From positions 1-64,000 of the IMG/VR virus record IMGVR_UViG_2974674860_000001: a stretch of DNA of 64,000 bases. The stretch is one strand, 5' to 3'. The stretch comes from a virus. Its lineage: Duplodnaviria > Caudoviricetes. Position numbers and translations under genes: made by a program. The notes below the pieces were generated by a model. That model was not told the DNA's origin. It worked only from the letters and a program-made list of their open reading frames with translations, and did no database searches. Position 1 is the stretch's first letter; every line of letters starts with the position of its first letter. Below are positions 53,041 through 61,684 of this stretch, one piece after another.

Positions 53041-54657
53041 TCAGGCGATACGGGCCTGGTAGGGCTTCCAGTCGAGCGAGTGTCGGCTCATGCTGCCGGT
53101 GCGGTTCTTGCCGAGGATGAACTCGACTTCGCCGGTGGGCTGGCCCTCGTACTTCTGGTGGTGGATCAGGAAGATCACGTCGGCGTCCTGCTCGATCGCG
53201 CCCGACCCGCGAAGATCCGAGATCTGTGGCGGTCGATCCTCGTTCGCGGTGTTGCGGTTGAGCTGGACCGCCGAGATCGACGCCGCGTTGCACTCCTTGG
53301 CGACCTGGCGGATGCCCTGGCCGATGTCTTCGAGCACCTCGTGTTGCTTCTTCTCGCGCATGGTCTTGATGAGCTGCATGTAGTCGAACAAGAACAGGTC
53401 GATGTCATGCTCGGCGTTGAGCTTTCGGCACTCAGCCATCATCTTCTCGATCGTCAGGCCGACGCGATCGGAGATGAACAGGTCCGACCCGGCGCTCTCG
53501 TCCATGTAGCTCGCGACGCGCTCGGTGTTGAACTGGTCGATGTCGCGGCGGGTGATCTGGCCGTACTCGGCCCGGGCGCCGGCAGCCACGACGCGGGAGA
53601 CGATCTCGTTGCGCTCCATCTCTAGCGAGTAGATCGCGACCTTGAAGCCGTTACGCATTGCGTGGTCGGCGATATTGGTAAGCGACAGAGACTTTCCTTC
53701 ACCTGGTCGCCCGGCGAACAGGTAGCTTCGCTTGCGGTGGAACCCGCCGGCGATCGTGTGGTTGATGAAGTCCCACGGTGACGGGATGACGTCCATCTCG
53801 CCCGGGTTGGTCTGCCACTCCCACCAGTCGGCCAGGGCGTCATCCCAGTGGGTGAATGCCTTGTCGGAGGCCTCGCCGAGGACCTTGACCGCGGCACGGT
53901 CGAGGGTGCGCTGCAGGTGCGCGACAGCGTCGGCCGCCGACATCTCGGCAGCGGCCTTGGTCTCGCGCCAGACCTCGGTGAGCATGGCCCGCTTGGCCAG
54001 CTCGACGTCGGGGACCAACTCCTCGACGGTGCGCCCCGCCGCGACATGGTCGGCGGCGTCCTTGCCGATCGCCGAGCGCATGACACCGACCTGGCAGTGA
54101 GGGGAGAGCAGGTCGAGCAGGTCCTTGGCGTGGGCCTCGCCCTTGTCGTCGTTGTCGCGGATGATGACCACGCGGCGGCCGTAGAGCGGCGAGAGGTCGA
54201 ACATCTTCGCCTTGCCGGCGCCCATCGCCGTGGACACTGCGGTGAGCCCCTGCGCTTCCAGTGCGTGGACATCCTTCTCGCCCTCGACCACGTAGACCGT
54301 GTCGGCGTCACCGAGGCGCTCGACGCGGTAGAGCTGGTCGCCCTTGGTGTTGCCGGACTGGCGGAAGGACTTGTCGACGCCGCGGTGGACCCGGCGGCCG
54401 TCGGAGTACTTGTACTCGATCCCCCGGTCGGAGTCGAAGAGATCCTTCATCTCCAGACCGAGGGATTCGAGCACCAGCGAGGTCTCGTCGGAGTGCGAGA
54501 AGACCAGGCACTGGCCGTCGATGTCGGTGATGGTCACCGAGCGATCGTTGTGCGAGTGGCCGGGCGCCTGCGCTGCAGCCTTGCCCCGACCCTTTTCCTC
54601 GACGATGAGTCCCTCGTCTCGGAATCGCTCGAGAACGCGGTTGTATGCGACGCCCAA
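53041..54657 (-). CDS. DNA primase/helicase (TOPRIM + DnaB-like)
   Basis: VVEGEKDV..IRDNDDKG (TOPRIM); AGRPGEGKS, LFDYMQL, QLNR, DLRGSGAIEQDAD (DnaB). Confidence 0.95.
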   Translation of the reverse strand: MGVAYNRVLERFRDEGLIVEEKGRGKAAAQAPGHSHNDRSVTITDIDGQCLVFSHSDETSLVLESLGLEMKDLFDSDRGIEYKYSDGRRVHRGVDKSFRQSGNTKGDQLYRVERLGDADTVYVVEGEKDVHALEAQGLTAVSTAMGAGKAKMFDLSPLYGRRVVIIRDNDDKGEAHAKDLLDLLSPHCQVGVMRSAIGKDAADHVAAGRTVEELVPDVELAKRAMLTEVWRETKAAAEMSAADAVAHLQRTLDRAAVKVLGEASDKAFTHWDDALADWWEWQTNPGEMDVIPSPWDFINHTIAGGFHRKRSYLFAGRPGEGKSLSLTNIADHAMRNGFKVAIYSLEMERNEIVSRVVAAGARAEYGQITRRDIDQFNTERVASYMDESAGSDLFISDRVGLTIEKMMAECRKLNAEHDIDLFLFDYMQLIKTMREKKQHEVLEDIGQGIRQVAKECNAASISAVQLNRNTANEDRPPQISDLRGSGAIEQDADVIFLIHHQKYEGQPTGEVEFILGKNRTGSMSRHSLDWKPYQARIA

Positions 54658-54662
54658 AGTGG

Positions 54663-55211
54663 TTACCCCTCAAGTTCTTTCAGGTTAATCGTGCCGATCG
54701 AATGTGGGCTGTCGGTGCCAGCGAAAACCCGCGACTCGATCTCGGTGAGGTTGGAGCCGATCCATTCCATGAACGCTCTGCGATGGAACTGACGGACGGC
54801 GGATGAACCCTGGGCGGCGATCTCGGCCGGCGGCTCAGGGGGAGCCCATTGTAGCCCACACCTCTCCTGAATCACCGTGGAGTAGGGGAAGTAGCTCCAC
54901 TTCCGCAGCCAGTGACGCAGGCGCTCAGGCGAACTCGTGACGGGCATCTTCGCGGCGTGGCCGATGAGGTCGCCCGGCATGATCGGCCACGCGCCCGCCT
55001 TGCCGTAGTGAGCCTTGATCCCAGCCATGGCCTCGACGGTGAACACGTCGCTCTCGGAGAGCTGCTCGGCCCACGCGGCGACGGCCTCGTCGAGCGTCTC
55101 GGCTTCGAGCTTCATCCGGCGATCCAGGAGCGAGACCTTGGCGAGGATTGCACGAGCGAGAGGCTCGACTTCCTCGAAACGTCGCGGCGGGATCGATGTG
55201 GATGCCGTCAT
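54663..55211 (-). CDS. replication accessory protein (helicase loader/inhibitor-like)
   Basis: lies between rep and helicase; LDRR..AWAEQL...IMPGD pattern. Confidence 0.6.
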   Translation of the reverse strand: MTASTSIPPRRFEEVEPLARAILAKVSLLDRRMKLEAETLDEAVAAWAEQLSESDVFTVEAMAGIKAHYGKAGAWPIMPGDLIGHAAKMPVTSSPERLRHWLRKWSYFPYSTVIQERCGLQWAPPEPPAEIAAQGSSAVRQFHRRAFMEWIGSNLTEIESRVFAGTDSPHSIGTINLKELEG

Positions 55212-56200
55212 GCGACCCCCTCATCCAACTCTGCAGCGACAAACTCGCCTTGTTGGTACACCGGTGGCCGAGAGGCACCTTGGAGCAGTGCACGGGCAAG
55301 CTCCCCGCCCTGCAATGTCCCGGTGCGAGCCGGGCCGGCGGGCGCCTGTGGTTCGTCGAGGTAGCAATCCTGATTGAGCCAAGTCGCGGGCTGCTTGGTG
55401 TACTTCGGCGTGCGGGTCGGACTGTCGCGGTAGCGCGCCGCCCCGGCGAGGAGATCCCCCACCGTGGCGCCACGCTCGATGGCGAGTTCGTACTTCGCCC
55501 GTGCGGCCCGCTTGCCCTCCCGCCGCGGGTAGACCGACCACCACTCATCGAATGCGCTGTCGAGCTTCGGGTTGGCCCGCGCCGCCTTGCGCTTCGGCTT
55601 CGTCGACGCCTCGGCCTTCGCCACGTCCAGCTCCAGCTCCAGTTCGGCCGCCTCGCGTGAACCGGCGCCGGACGGCGCCGGAGCATCCGACGTAGGAGGA
55701 TGCAGAGTGTCCGACGTAGGAGGACACTCAGGAGTAGATACGTCAGTATCTACTAGGGGTCGGGTCGGGTCGGGTCGGGTCGGGTCGGGTCGGGGCGCTG
55801 CAACACTCTCACCCTGTTGCGCCGCAACAGTTCCGGCATTGAGGCTTTGGCCTGCAGATTCTGCCCGACGACGGGCTCGACTGCGCTCCATTCGCTCCGC
55901 AGACGCAGCTCTCTTGGCTTCCGAATCGGCCTTACTCGGGTTGTAGTCAAGCCATGAACAGAAGGCGAATCCATCGCGAGTGCGCTCCCAAAGCCCCGCG
56001 TTCACGAGAGATTCGACCGTTTTTGTTGTCGCGCCCCATGCCTTAATCATGTAGTCGGGGACCTCTCCATCGGTCTCCTGCTGGGACGCCCAGGACCCCG
56101 CGATGACCCACAATCCGGCCGCCTGGAACCGCTGCCGGGCGGGGATTGCGTTCAGTTTGTGCGACGAGTGAAAGCGGTCGTCGACCTTCATCCAGCCCAC
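55208..56200 (-). CDS. replication initiator protein (RepA/DnaD-like)
   Basis: WMKVDD..HSSHK N-terminus; PDPTR repeat linker; FDEWWSVYPRR..K...QPATWLNQDCYLDE C-terminus. Confidence 0.85.
   Translation of the reverse strand: MGWMKVDDRFHSSHKLNAIPARQRFQAAGLWVIAGSWASQQETDGEVPDYMIKAWGATTKTVESLVNAGLWERTRDGFAFCSWLDYNPSKADSEAKRAASAERMERSRARRRAESAGQSLNAGTVAAQQGESVAAPRPDPTRPDPTRPLVDTDVSTPECPPTSDTLHPPTSDAPAPSGAGSREAAELELELDVAKAEASTKPKRKAARANPKLDSAFDEWWSVYPRREGKRAARAKYELAIERGATVGDLLAGAARYRDSPTRTPKYTKQPATWLNQDCYLDEPQAPAGPARTGTLQGGELARALLQGASRPPVYQQGEFVAAELDEGVA
55683..55830. repeat. tandem hairpins + (GGGTC)7 + palindrome inside rep; candidate replication origin
   Basis: two hairpins with an identical GACGTAGGA loop; a third hairpin 55733-55754; seven GGGTC units 55757-55791; CTGTTGCG-C-CGCAACAG. 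Confidence 0.6.
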
Positions 56201-56203
56201 GGT

Positions 56204-57031
56204 TCAGGCCTGAGCCAGCGCGTCGATGAGCTGATTGATCTCGCGTTGCCACGTCTCCAACTGCCGCTCGGGATCGACCTCTTCGATCTCCTCGTTGGCT
56301 GGTCGAGCGCCGTTGCAGGAGGTCCGTTTGCGGTCGATGGTGTACTCGTCGTACTGGAACGGCACCGGCCAGCCCTCCTCGATGCCACGTGCCCGAGCCT
56401 CGTCGCTGGGCCCGGCGACCTGCTCCAGCCGGTTGAAGACCTGGGGGATTGAGCGGAGCATGTCCAGGTCCAGGTTGTCTTCGCCGGCCAGGATGTTCTC
56501 GATCTCGTCCTCGCTGGCGACCAGCTCGTCGGCGAGGATCTCGACTGGGTATCCCCAGCGGACGAGCGCCTGTAGCCGGCGGGTCGCACCGATGGGTGAG
56601 GCAACACGCTCGCGAATGTCGGCCGGCAACGCCTCTAGGGCCTCGGCGGTCGAGTTGCGCAGGGCGCGCTTGGCTTTGCCGGTGCGAATGTCGCTGATCA
56701 GGTGCGCGTCGACGCCGACGATGTGGGCGAGGTGCGGGCCGTCGTAGCCGGTCTCGAACAGCGCGCTGATGTGCTCGGCGAGCGCGGTGCGGCGCTCGTC
56801 GGAGACCTTGATGCCACTGGGGCCGTCGGGATGGAACTCGGCCCAGATCATGGCGGCTTCGATAATGCTGTCCGCGGCGTCCTCGGGGATGTCGTCGACC
56901 TCGCGCAGCCGAACGCGGTCGAGCAGGCCTCGATTCAGGCCAGAGAGCCCGCCGAGATCTTGGAGCGTTGCGCCGTGTCGAATGGCGCGGTGGATGGCGT
57001 TCTCGGCCTGGATGCTGGTCATGGTCTTCAA
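56204..57031 (-). CDS. multi-HTH DNA-binding protein
   Basis: several HTH-like segments; RRLQALVRWGYPVEILADEL; RBS AAGGAG. Confidence 0.75.
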   Translation of the reverse strand: MKTMTSIQAENAIHRAIRHGATLQDLGGLSGLNRGLLDRVRLREVDDIPEDAADSIIEAAMIWAEFHPDGPSGIKVSDERRTALAEHISALFETGYDGPHLAHIVGVDAHLISDIRTGKAKRALRNSTAEALEALPADIRERVASPIGATRRLQALVRWGYPVEILADELVASEDEIENILAGEDNLDLDMLRSIPQVFNRLEQVAGPSDEARARGIEEGWPVPFQYDEYTIDRKRTSCNGARPANEEIEEVDPERQLETWQREINQLIDALAQA

Positions 57032-57192
57032 GCTGCGGGCTCCTTGCTGATGTGTCGTTGCAGTTCTCTGGTGTGGGTGGGACAGAGCCATTGCTCACCG
57101 CCCCAACGCATTTCGTGTCTAACAAGCTCCGACGCCTCTTCGGCACATTCACCGAAGAGGTCGCGGAACTCGCAGGAGTGGGGCTCAGGCAT
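57028..57192 (-). CDS. small Cys/His protein
   Basis: C...C...WLCPTH; coupled. Confidence 0.6.
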   Translation of the reverse strand: MPEPHSCEFRDLFGECAEEASELVRHEMRWGGEQWLCPTHTRELQRHISKEPAA

Positions 57193-57310
57193 CGAGGTCG
57201 TCGCGGAGATCGGGCGCGTACTCCTCGATGTAGTCCGAGCCCTCCCAGTCGTCGTCCTCATAGCCGCTGTTGTCGCCGAAGTCGACGGAGCTGTCGTAGA
57301 TGGTCGCCAC
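57185..57310 (-). CDS. 41-aa highly acidic protein
   Basis: GGAGGAGG upstream of GTG; MATIYDSSVDFGDNSGYEDDDWEGSDYIEEYAPDLRDDLDA. Confidence 0.65.
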   Translation of the reverse strand: MATIYDSSVDFGDNSGYEDDDWEGSDYIEEYAPDLRDDLDA

Positions 57311-57312
57311 GG

Positions 57313-57681
57313 TCAGACCTCCTCCGCTGCGCTGTACGAGATACGCAACACTCGGCGGACGAGCTTGGCGTCGTAGCCGCGCACGCCGATACCCGCGGCG
57401 ATCTCGATGAGCTGCTCCAGGACGTCTTCGGCCTCGGCTGGGTCTCCGGTCCAGAACCGATCCGCCGGCGTGGTCGCCGCCCGCAGCCTGGTGCTGGAGA
57501 CAAGCTCGCCATCGGGCAGCTGGACCGAGTACTCGTATCGGACCTCGGCGGTCGGGTCGGCGATCTTCTCCCGCAGCGATGGGTGCTCGGCGAGTAGTTC
57601 GGCGAGCTTGGCGTTCGGTCCGAGCACGATGTCCTCCGATGTGGGGTGGGTGGTGAAGATGACTGCGTGTTCCACGGGCAC
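57313..57681 (-). CDS. hypothetical protein; its 3' end contains an operator-like motif (57335-57350)
   Basis: RBS GGAG; codon usage. Confidence 0.7.
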   Translation of the reverse strand: MPVEHAVIFTTHPTSEDIVLGPNAKLAELLAEHPSLREKIADPTAEVRYEYSVQLPDGELVSSTRLRAATTPADRFWTGDPAEAEDVLEQLIEIAAGIGVRGYDAKLVRRVLRISYSAAEEV

Positions 57682-57689
57682 TAGGGCTC

Positions 57690-57872
57690 CTATGCGTCTT
57701 CGAGTGCGGAGGGGAGGGCGTCGAACCAGGCCTTGAGTTCCTCGTCGGGGATCACGACTCGGGTGCCGATCCGCTTGGCCATGAGATCGCCGGCCTTGAT
57801 GGCACGCTCGATGGTCGGCTCACTGACTCCGACGATGCTGGCGGCCTCGGACTTGCTGTATGCGAGCTTCAC
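57690..57872 (-). CDS. excisionase-like HTH protein
   Basis: YSKSEAASIVGVSEPTIERAIKAGDL.A.RIG.RVVIP. Confidence 0.8.
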   Translation of the reverse strand: MKLAYSKSEAASIVGVSEPTIERAIKAGDLMAKRIGTRVVIPDEELKAWFDALPSALEDA

Positions 57873-58699
57873 TGCACGACCTCGCCCTCGATGACGGTCG
57901 ACTCGGCGTCGACGGCCGCCTGGTTGGGCACGACATTCGGGTCGCTGGGCGGCGGGGTGGTGGCGCTGGAGAAGGCGTCCGTGGCCGCGGCGACGCCGAC
58001 ACTGCGGCGGTCCTCACTGGAGGTGTCGACGAAGTCGATGAGCATGCGGATCGCCGTCTTGAGGACCATGATCTCGTCCCACTGCTCCCAGACCTTGCCG
58101 CGAGACTGGGCGCGGACCTTGGCGAGGTAGCGGGGATCGGCGAGCTTGACCTCGCTGGTGGTGCCGTCGGCGCGCACGGCGTAGGCGTAGGACATGATCG
58201 GCTTGGAGCTGCCGTCGCGGGCGGCCCAGTCGATCTCGTGGCGCGGGCGCTCGTCGACGTTGCGGTCGTACTGGAACTTGCCGGCGCGGTACTCGCTGTC
58301 GTAGACGACCTCGGCGACGACGCGGACGTACTGGCCCGAACGCAGGATGCGCTGGATCATGCCCTTGTAGGACTCGGCGCCCTGGATCTTGCCGCTGCGC
58401 ACGGTGAGGTAGTAGTCGTCGGTGCCCGGGATGTGGCCCAGGCGTGCGCACTCCAGAAGTGCGCGCATGAGTGCGGCGCGGTCATTGAGTGCGGCGCGCT
58501 CGATCTCGGGGGTGGCCTTGGTGGCGGCCTCGGCCATGCGCAGCCATGCGCGCTGCTCGACCTGGCCGGGCAGGACCTTGAAGAAGTCCTCCGAGCGGCT
58601 GCGGACCATGGCGGCCGGGCTGGCTGGCTTCTGCTGTTGTGGGAGGTTTCCCGATGGCTCGCCGTTCTGTTCGGCGATTGCGTTTCCGATGAGGCTCAA
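57869..58699 (-). CDS. RecT-like single-strand annealing protein
   Basis: LLECARLGHIPG..YYL...SYKGMI...VVY...W....MVLKTAIR. Confidence 0.85.
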   Translation of the reverse strand: MSLIGNAIAEQNGEPSGNLPQQQKPASPAAMVRSRSEDFFKVLPGQVEQRAWLRMAEAATKATPEIERAALNDRAALMRALLECARLGHIPGTDDYYLTVRSGKIQGAESYKGMIQRILRSGQYVRVVAEVVYDSEYRAGKFQYDRNVDERPRHEIDWAARDGSSKPIMSYAYAVRADGTTSEVKLADPRYLAKVRAQSRGKVWEQWDEIMVLKTAIRMLIDFVDTSSEDRRSVGVAAATDAFSSATTPPPSDPNVVPNQAAVDAESTVIEGEVVQ

Positions 58700-58745
58700 G
58701 GGGTTTCAGTTCCTTTTCTGGTGGGTGGAGCGAGATTGAACTCTA

Positions 58746-58785
58746 GGTGACGTGGCTCGCAGATGTCAACACGAGACACGCAACA
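58746..58785 (-). promoter_or_regulatory. SigA promoter TTGACA-18-TAGAGT with an operator-like motif (58770-58785) abutting the -35
   Basis: minus strand reads TGTTGCGTGTCTCGTG-TTGACA-N18-TAGAGT. Confidence 0.8.
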
Positions 58786-59811
58786 CTAGGCCGCGACTTT
58801 GTCGAGGGCCTCGCGGATCGACTCGGGGTAGGGCTCTTCGAGTCCGAGGTAGCGCAGATACGGCGGCTTGTTGCCGCGTCCGGCCTTCTGCCGGCGGGCG
58901 ACCTTCTCGACCTGGATGTCGAACTCGTCCTCGCCTGGTCGCTCGACGTAGACGTACTGAGCGCGACCGGCCAGCTGGAGAACCTGAGACTCCATGTACA
59001 GGCGCTCGGCCTTCGCTGCCTCGTCGGCCTTCACCGCGGCGAGGTAGCGCGCCGCGACGTCGGGTTCGAGCGTGATGCCTTCTCCCATGTCGATCTCGGG
59101 GTGCATCTGGCGCACGATCTCGTAGGTCGCGCCATGCTTGTCGAGGGAGGGCTCGACGCCGGCGGCCAGGTTGTCCATGAACTCTTGGCCGGCGTCGATC
59201 AGGATCTGCGCATCCTCGGCCGAGAACTCCAGCTCGTAGGTCCGATAGTCCCAGCCACTGATCAGCACGGCCACGATCATCTTCTCGACCTTCATCACCG
59301 CGGCGTAGTAGAGCACCTGGCATAGGTAGTAGATCGGGATCTGCTTGGAGCCTTGTGGTCCCCAGCCGTCGCCTCGGGCGCTGGTCTTGATCTCCAGGAG
59401 CGCGACGCAATTGCCTTGTTCGTCCCAGATCAAGCCGTCGGGGTTGACGTTCATCCACGCCCGATTGATGTCGCGGAAGGTGTCTCCGGTGGTCATCGTG
59501 CACCCGGGCGCAAGCTGCTGCAGCCCGTCACCGAAGGTGCCGTCGGTGGTCTTGAAGAACTCGTAGATGGTGGGCTCGTGATTGGTGCCCCAGCGCATGA
59601 TCGCGGTCTCTTCGGCCAGTCCGATCCCGTCGCGCTTGTTGTAGTACAGCGAGAAGTGACTCGTCCATGGGTTGAGTCCGACGACCGCTGAGATCTCCGA
59701 GCCGCCGATGGCGTGTGCGCGAGCGGCGTGCCATTCAGGAGATCCCGGTGGCCAGTTGCCGATCTTCACGGCATTGCCGTTGATCAGCTCGTTCACTTCG
59801 AGGTCACGCAA
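58786..59811 (-). CDS. RecE/YqaJ-like exonuclease
   Basis: WHAAR...IGGSEIS...WG..HEP...NPDG...LEIKT...YLCQV. Confidence 0.9.
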   Translation of the reverse strand: MRDLEVNELINGNAVKIGNWPPGSPEWHAARAHAIGGSEISAVVGLNPWTSHFSLYYNKRDGIGLAEETAIMRWGTNHEPTIYEFFKTTDGTFGDGLQQLAPGCTMTTGDTFRDINRAWMNVNPDGLIWDEQGNCVALLEIKTSARGDGWGPQGSKQIPIYYLCQVLYYAAVMKVEKMIVAVLISGWDYRTYELEFSAEDAQILIDAGQEFMDNLAAGVEPSLDKHGATYEIVRQMHPEIDMGEGITLEPDVAARYLAAVKADEAAKAERLYMESQVLQLAGRAQYVYVERPGEDEFDIQVEKVARRQKAGRGNKPPYLRYLGLEEPYPESIREALDKVAA

Positions 59812-60037
59812 TGGTGTACTCCCGAACCTGAGATTCGAGCACTTCGGTGCGAATCGTAGCCCAGCCCGCGTTGCGCACGAGGGTCACTACTCGCCCGCTG
59901 CGCGGTGGTCGCGTGCGGGATCGCCTGGTGCCCACCGAGATGCGCATCCGCATGCCCTCCACGATCCAGATGAACGGCTGACCGATGATGGTGACCGTGT
60001 CTCCCGGCTTGAAACGACCGGGCAAGGTGATGTCCAT
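59804..60037 (-). CDS. hypothetical protein, first gene of the leftward early operon
   Basis: RBS GGGAG; operator-like motif at 60055-60070 just upstream. Confidence 0.7.
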   Translation of the reverse strand: MDITLPGRFKPGDTVTIIGQPFIWIVEGMRMRISVGTRRSRTRPPRSGRVVTLVRNAGWATIRTEVLESQVREYTIA

Positions 60038-60141
60038 AGAGGCTCCCTGATGTGTGTTGCGTGTCTCGTACGTTATACGCTAACACGGTGCGACGACAGG
60101 GCTCCTGAGCTGCGGGGCTATGTAGCTGGCGCTACTTACAG

Positions 60142-60177
60142 TTGACTGTTGCGCCTCTCGTGAGACATGATGTAGCA
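60142..60177 (+). promoter_or_regulatory. leaderless repressor promoter TTGACT-18-CATGAT with an operator variant in the spacer
   Basis: -35 at 60142-60147, TGTTGCGCCTCTCGTG at 60147-60162, -10 at 60166-60171, ATG 6 nt later. Confidence 0.75.
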
Positions 60178-60651
60178 ATGCCGAATGCAAACGAGCTACC
60201 CGAGCCCTGGTACACCGCGCTCACTGACGCGGGGTACGTCGGGCCATACGGCGAACCCTCGTTGTGCAAACTCGCCGAGGGGATCGACGCGCACCCGTCG
60301 ACCGTCTCGCGGCTGATCCGTGGCGCCAACGCGAAGGGGGCCCGCCCTGAACTCGTCGCCAAGATCGCCGATGCCCTGGGGCGCAAGCCTGAGGATGTCG
60401 CGTCATGGGCGGGGGAGCAGTGGCAGGCGGGGCTGGGTCCGTACTCTGTGCCCTCCGGCGCCGAGAGTCTGACACTGCGCCAGCGGGAGTCGGTCGACCG
60501 CGTGATTCGAGCGTTCATCGAAGTCAATCGCCGCGAGCGTAGCCGCCGGGCCCTCGACACCAAGATGGTCCGCCAGCTCGCGAAGGCCACCGGCAAGACT
60601 CGCGTCGAGATCGCCGACATCCTGGAGGAGATCGAAGGCCGCGAGGAGTAG
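60178..60651 (+). CDS. XRE-family immunity repressor (putative)
   Basis: SLCKLAEGIDAHPSTVSRLIRG...LVAKIADALG HTH; flanked by operator-like motifs and divergent operons. Confidence 0.8.
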   Translation: MPNANELPEPWYTALTDAGYVGPYGEPSLCKLAEGIDAHPSTVSRLIRGANAKGARPELVAKIADALGRKPEDVASWAGEQWQAGLGPYSVPSGAESLTLRQRESVDRVIRAFIEVNRRERSRRALDTKMVRQLAKATGKTRVEIADILEEIEGREE

Positions 60652-60675
60652 CCCTTCCGCCACAACAGAATACGA

Positions 60676-60720
60676 GAAAAGAGAACCCCGAGGGCCGCAG
60701 CGCCCCGGGGTTTTTCTTTT
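60676..60720. terminator. bidirectional terminator after the repressor
   Basis: AGAAAAGAGAACCCCG...CGGGGTTTTTCTTTT. Confidence 0.8.
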
Positions 60721-60755
60721 GCCTCGGATGTATGTGTATAGTGACTAACGCATCG

Positions 60756-60771
60756 CACGAGACACGCAACA
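60756..60771 (-). promoter_or_regulatory. operator-like motif just downstream of -10 TATAGT (60737-60742) of the rightward operon
   Basis: exact consensus in reverse orientation. Confidence 0.75.
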
Positions 60772-60791
60772 GTGACGGAGGATGAGACACC

Positions 60792-61007
60792 TTGGCCAAC
60801 ACGAAGACCTGCCCAGCCACGCTCAATCGCGAGGTCGGCGATCACACGTTCAAGCTCGACTGCGCGATTGACCCCGACGATCACTACGAGATGGCACACA
60901 CCCTCGCCAATGGCATCACCTGGCACGCCGGCGAGGAGCGCACCGCGGCAATGCAGGTCGAAGCCCTACCCAAGCCGGACCCCAACCGCCGCGGCGGACG
61001 CCAGTGA
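60792..61007 (+). CDS. hypothetical protein
   Basis: RBS GGAGG, TTG start. Confidence 0.65.
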   Translation: MANTKTCPATLNREVGDHTFKLDCAIDPDDHYEMAHTLANGITWHAGEERTAAMQVEALPKPDPNRRGGRQ

Positions 61008-61684
61008 GTAGTCCGAGCATCCTCCTCGACGGAACCGTCGGCAGCCAGGCCTACGGTCTCGCCACCAAGAGCTCCGATGTCGACACCATGTCTGTCCACG
61101 TGCAGCCGACCGTGGTCCTCACCGGGCTCGACAAGCCGCCGGCCGAGACCATCGAGACCAAAGCGCCCGACAGTGTCTCGCACGAGATCGGCAAGTTCCT
61201 CCGACTCTCCCTCGGCGGCAACCCGAACATCCTGGAGTTCCTGTGGCTGCCGGTGCACACCGTCTACTACCAGGCCGGTAACGACCTCATCAACATCCGC
61301 GAGGACTTCCTGTCGCAGGAGATCCGCCACCGATACCTCGGATACGCCGACCAGCAGTTCAAGCGCCTCGAACGCGACCATCGATTCCCGGACGTCCCCA
61401 TCGCCCGCAAGGAGAAGCACGCACGCCATCTGCTGCGCCTCCTCCAGCAGGGCATGTACATCTGGCGCACCGGCGAGCTGAAAGTCGAAGTCGACAACCC
61501 AGACGAGCTGCACGACGCAGCCAAACGAGTGATCGACCCCGACGTCGGAAACCTCCTCGCCGGCGAGCTGTGCAGGCAGGCCTCCGACTACTTCGACAGC
61601 GTCGCCACGCCCCTCCCGCTCGAACCCGCCCGCACCCGCGCCCGCGACCTTCTCGCCGACATTCGCGCCGGCTGGATCAGATGA
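61004..61684 (+). CDS. pol-beta superfamily nucleotidyltransferase (RlaP-like)
   Basis: GSQAYGLATKSSDVD...GNPNILEFLW...KHARHLLRLL. Confidence 0.85.
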   Translation: MSSPSILLDGTVGSQAYGLATKSSDVDTMSVHVQPTVVLTGLDKPPAETIETKAPDSVSHEIGKFLRLSLGGNPNILEFLWLPVHTVYYQAGNDLINIREDFLSQEIRHRYLGYADQQFKRLERDHRFPDVPIARKEKHARHLLRLLQQGMYIWRTGELKVEVDNPDELHDAAKRVIDPDVGNLLAGELCRQASDYFDSVATPLPLEPARTRARDLLADIRAGWIR

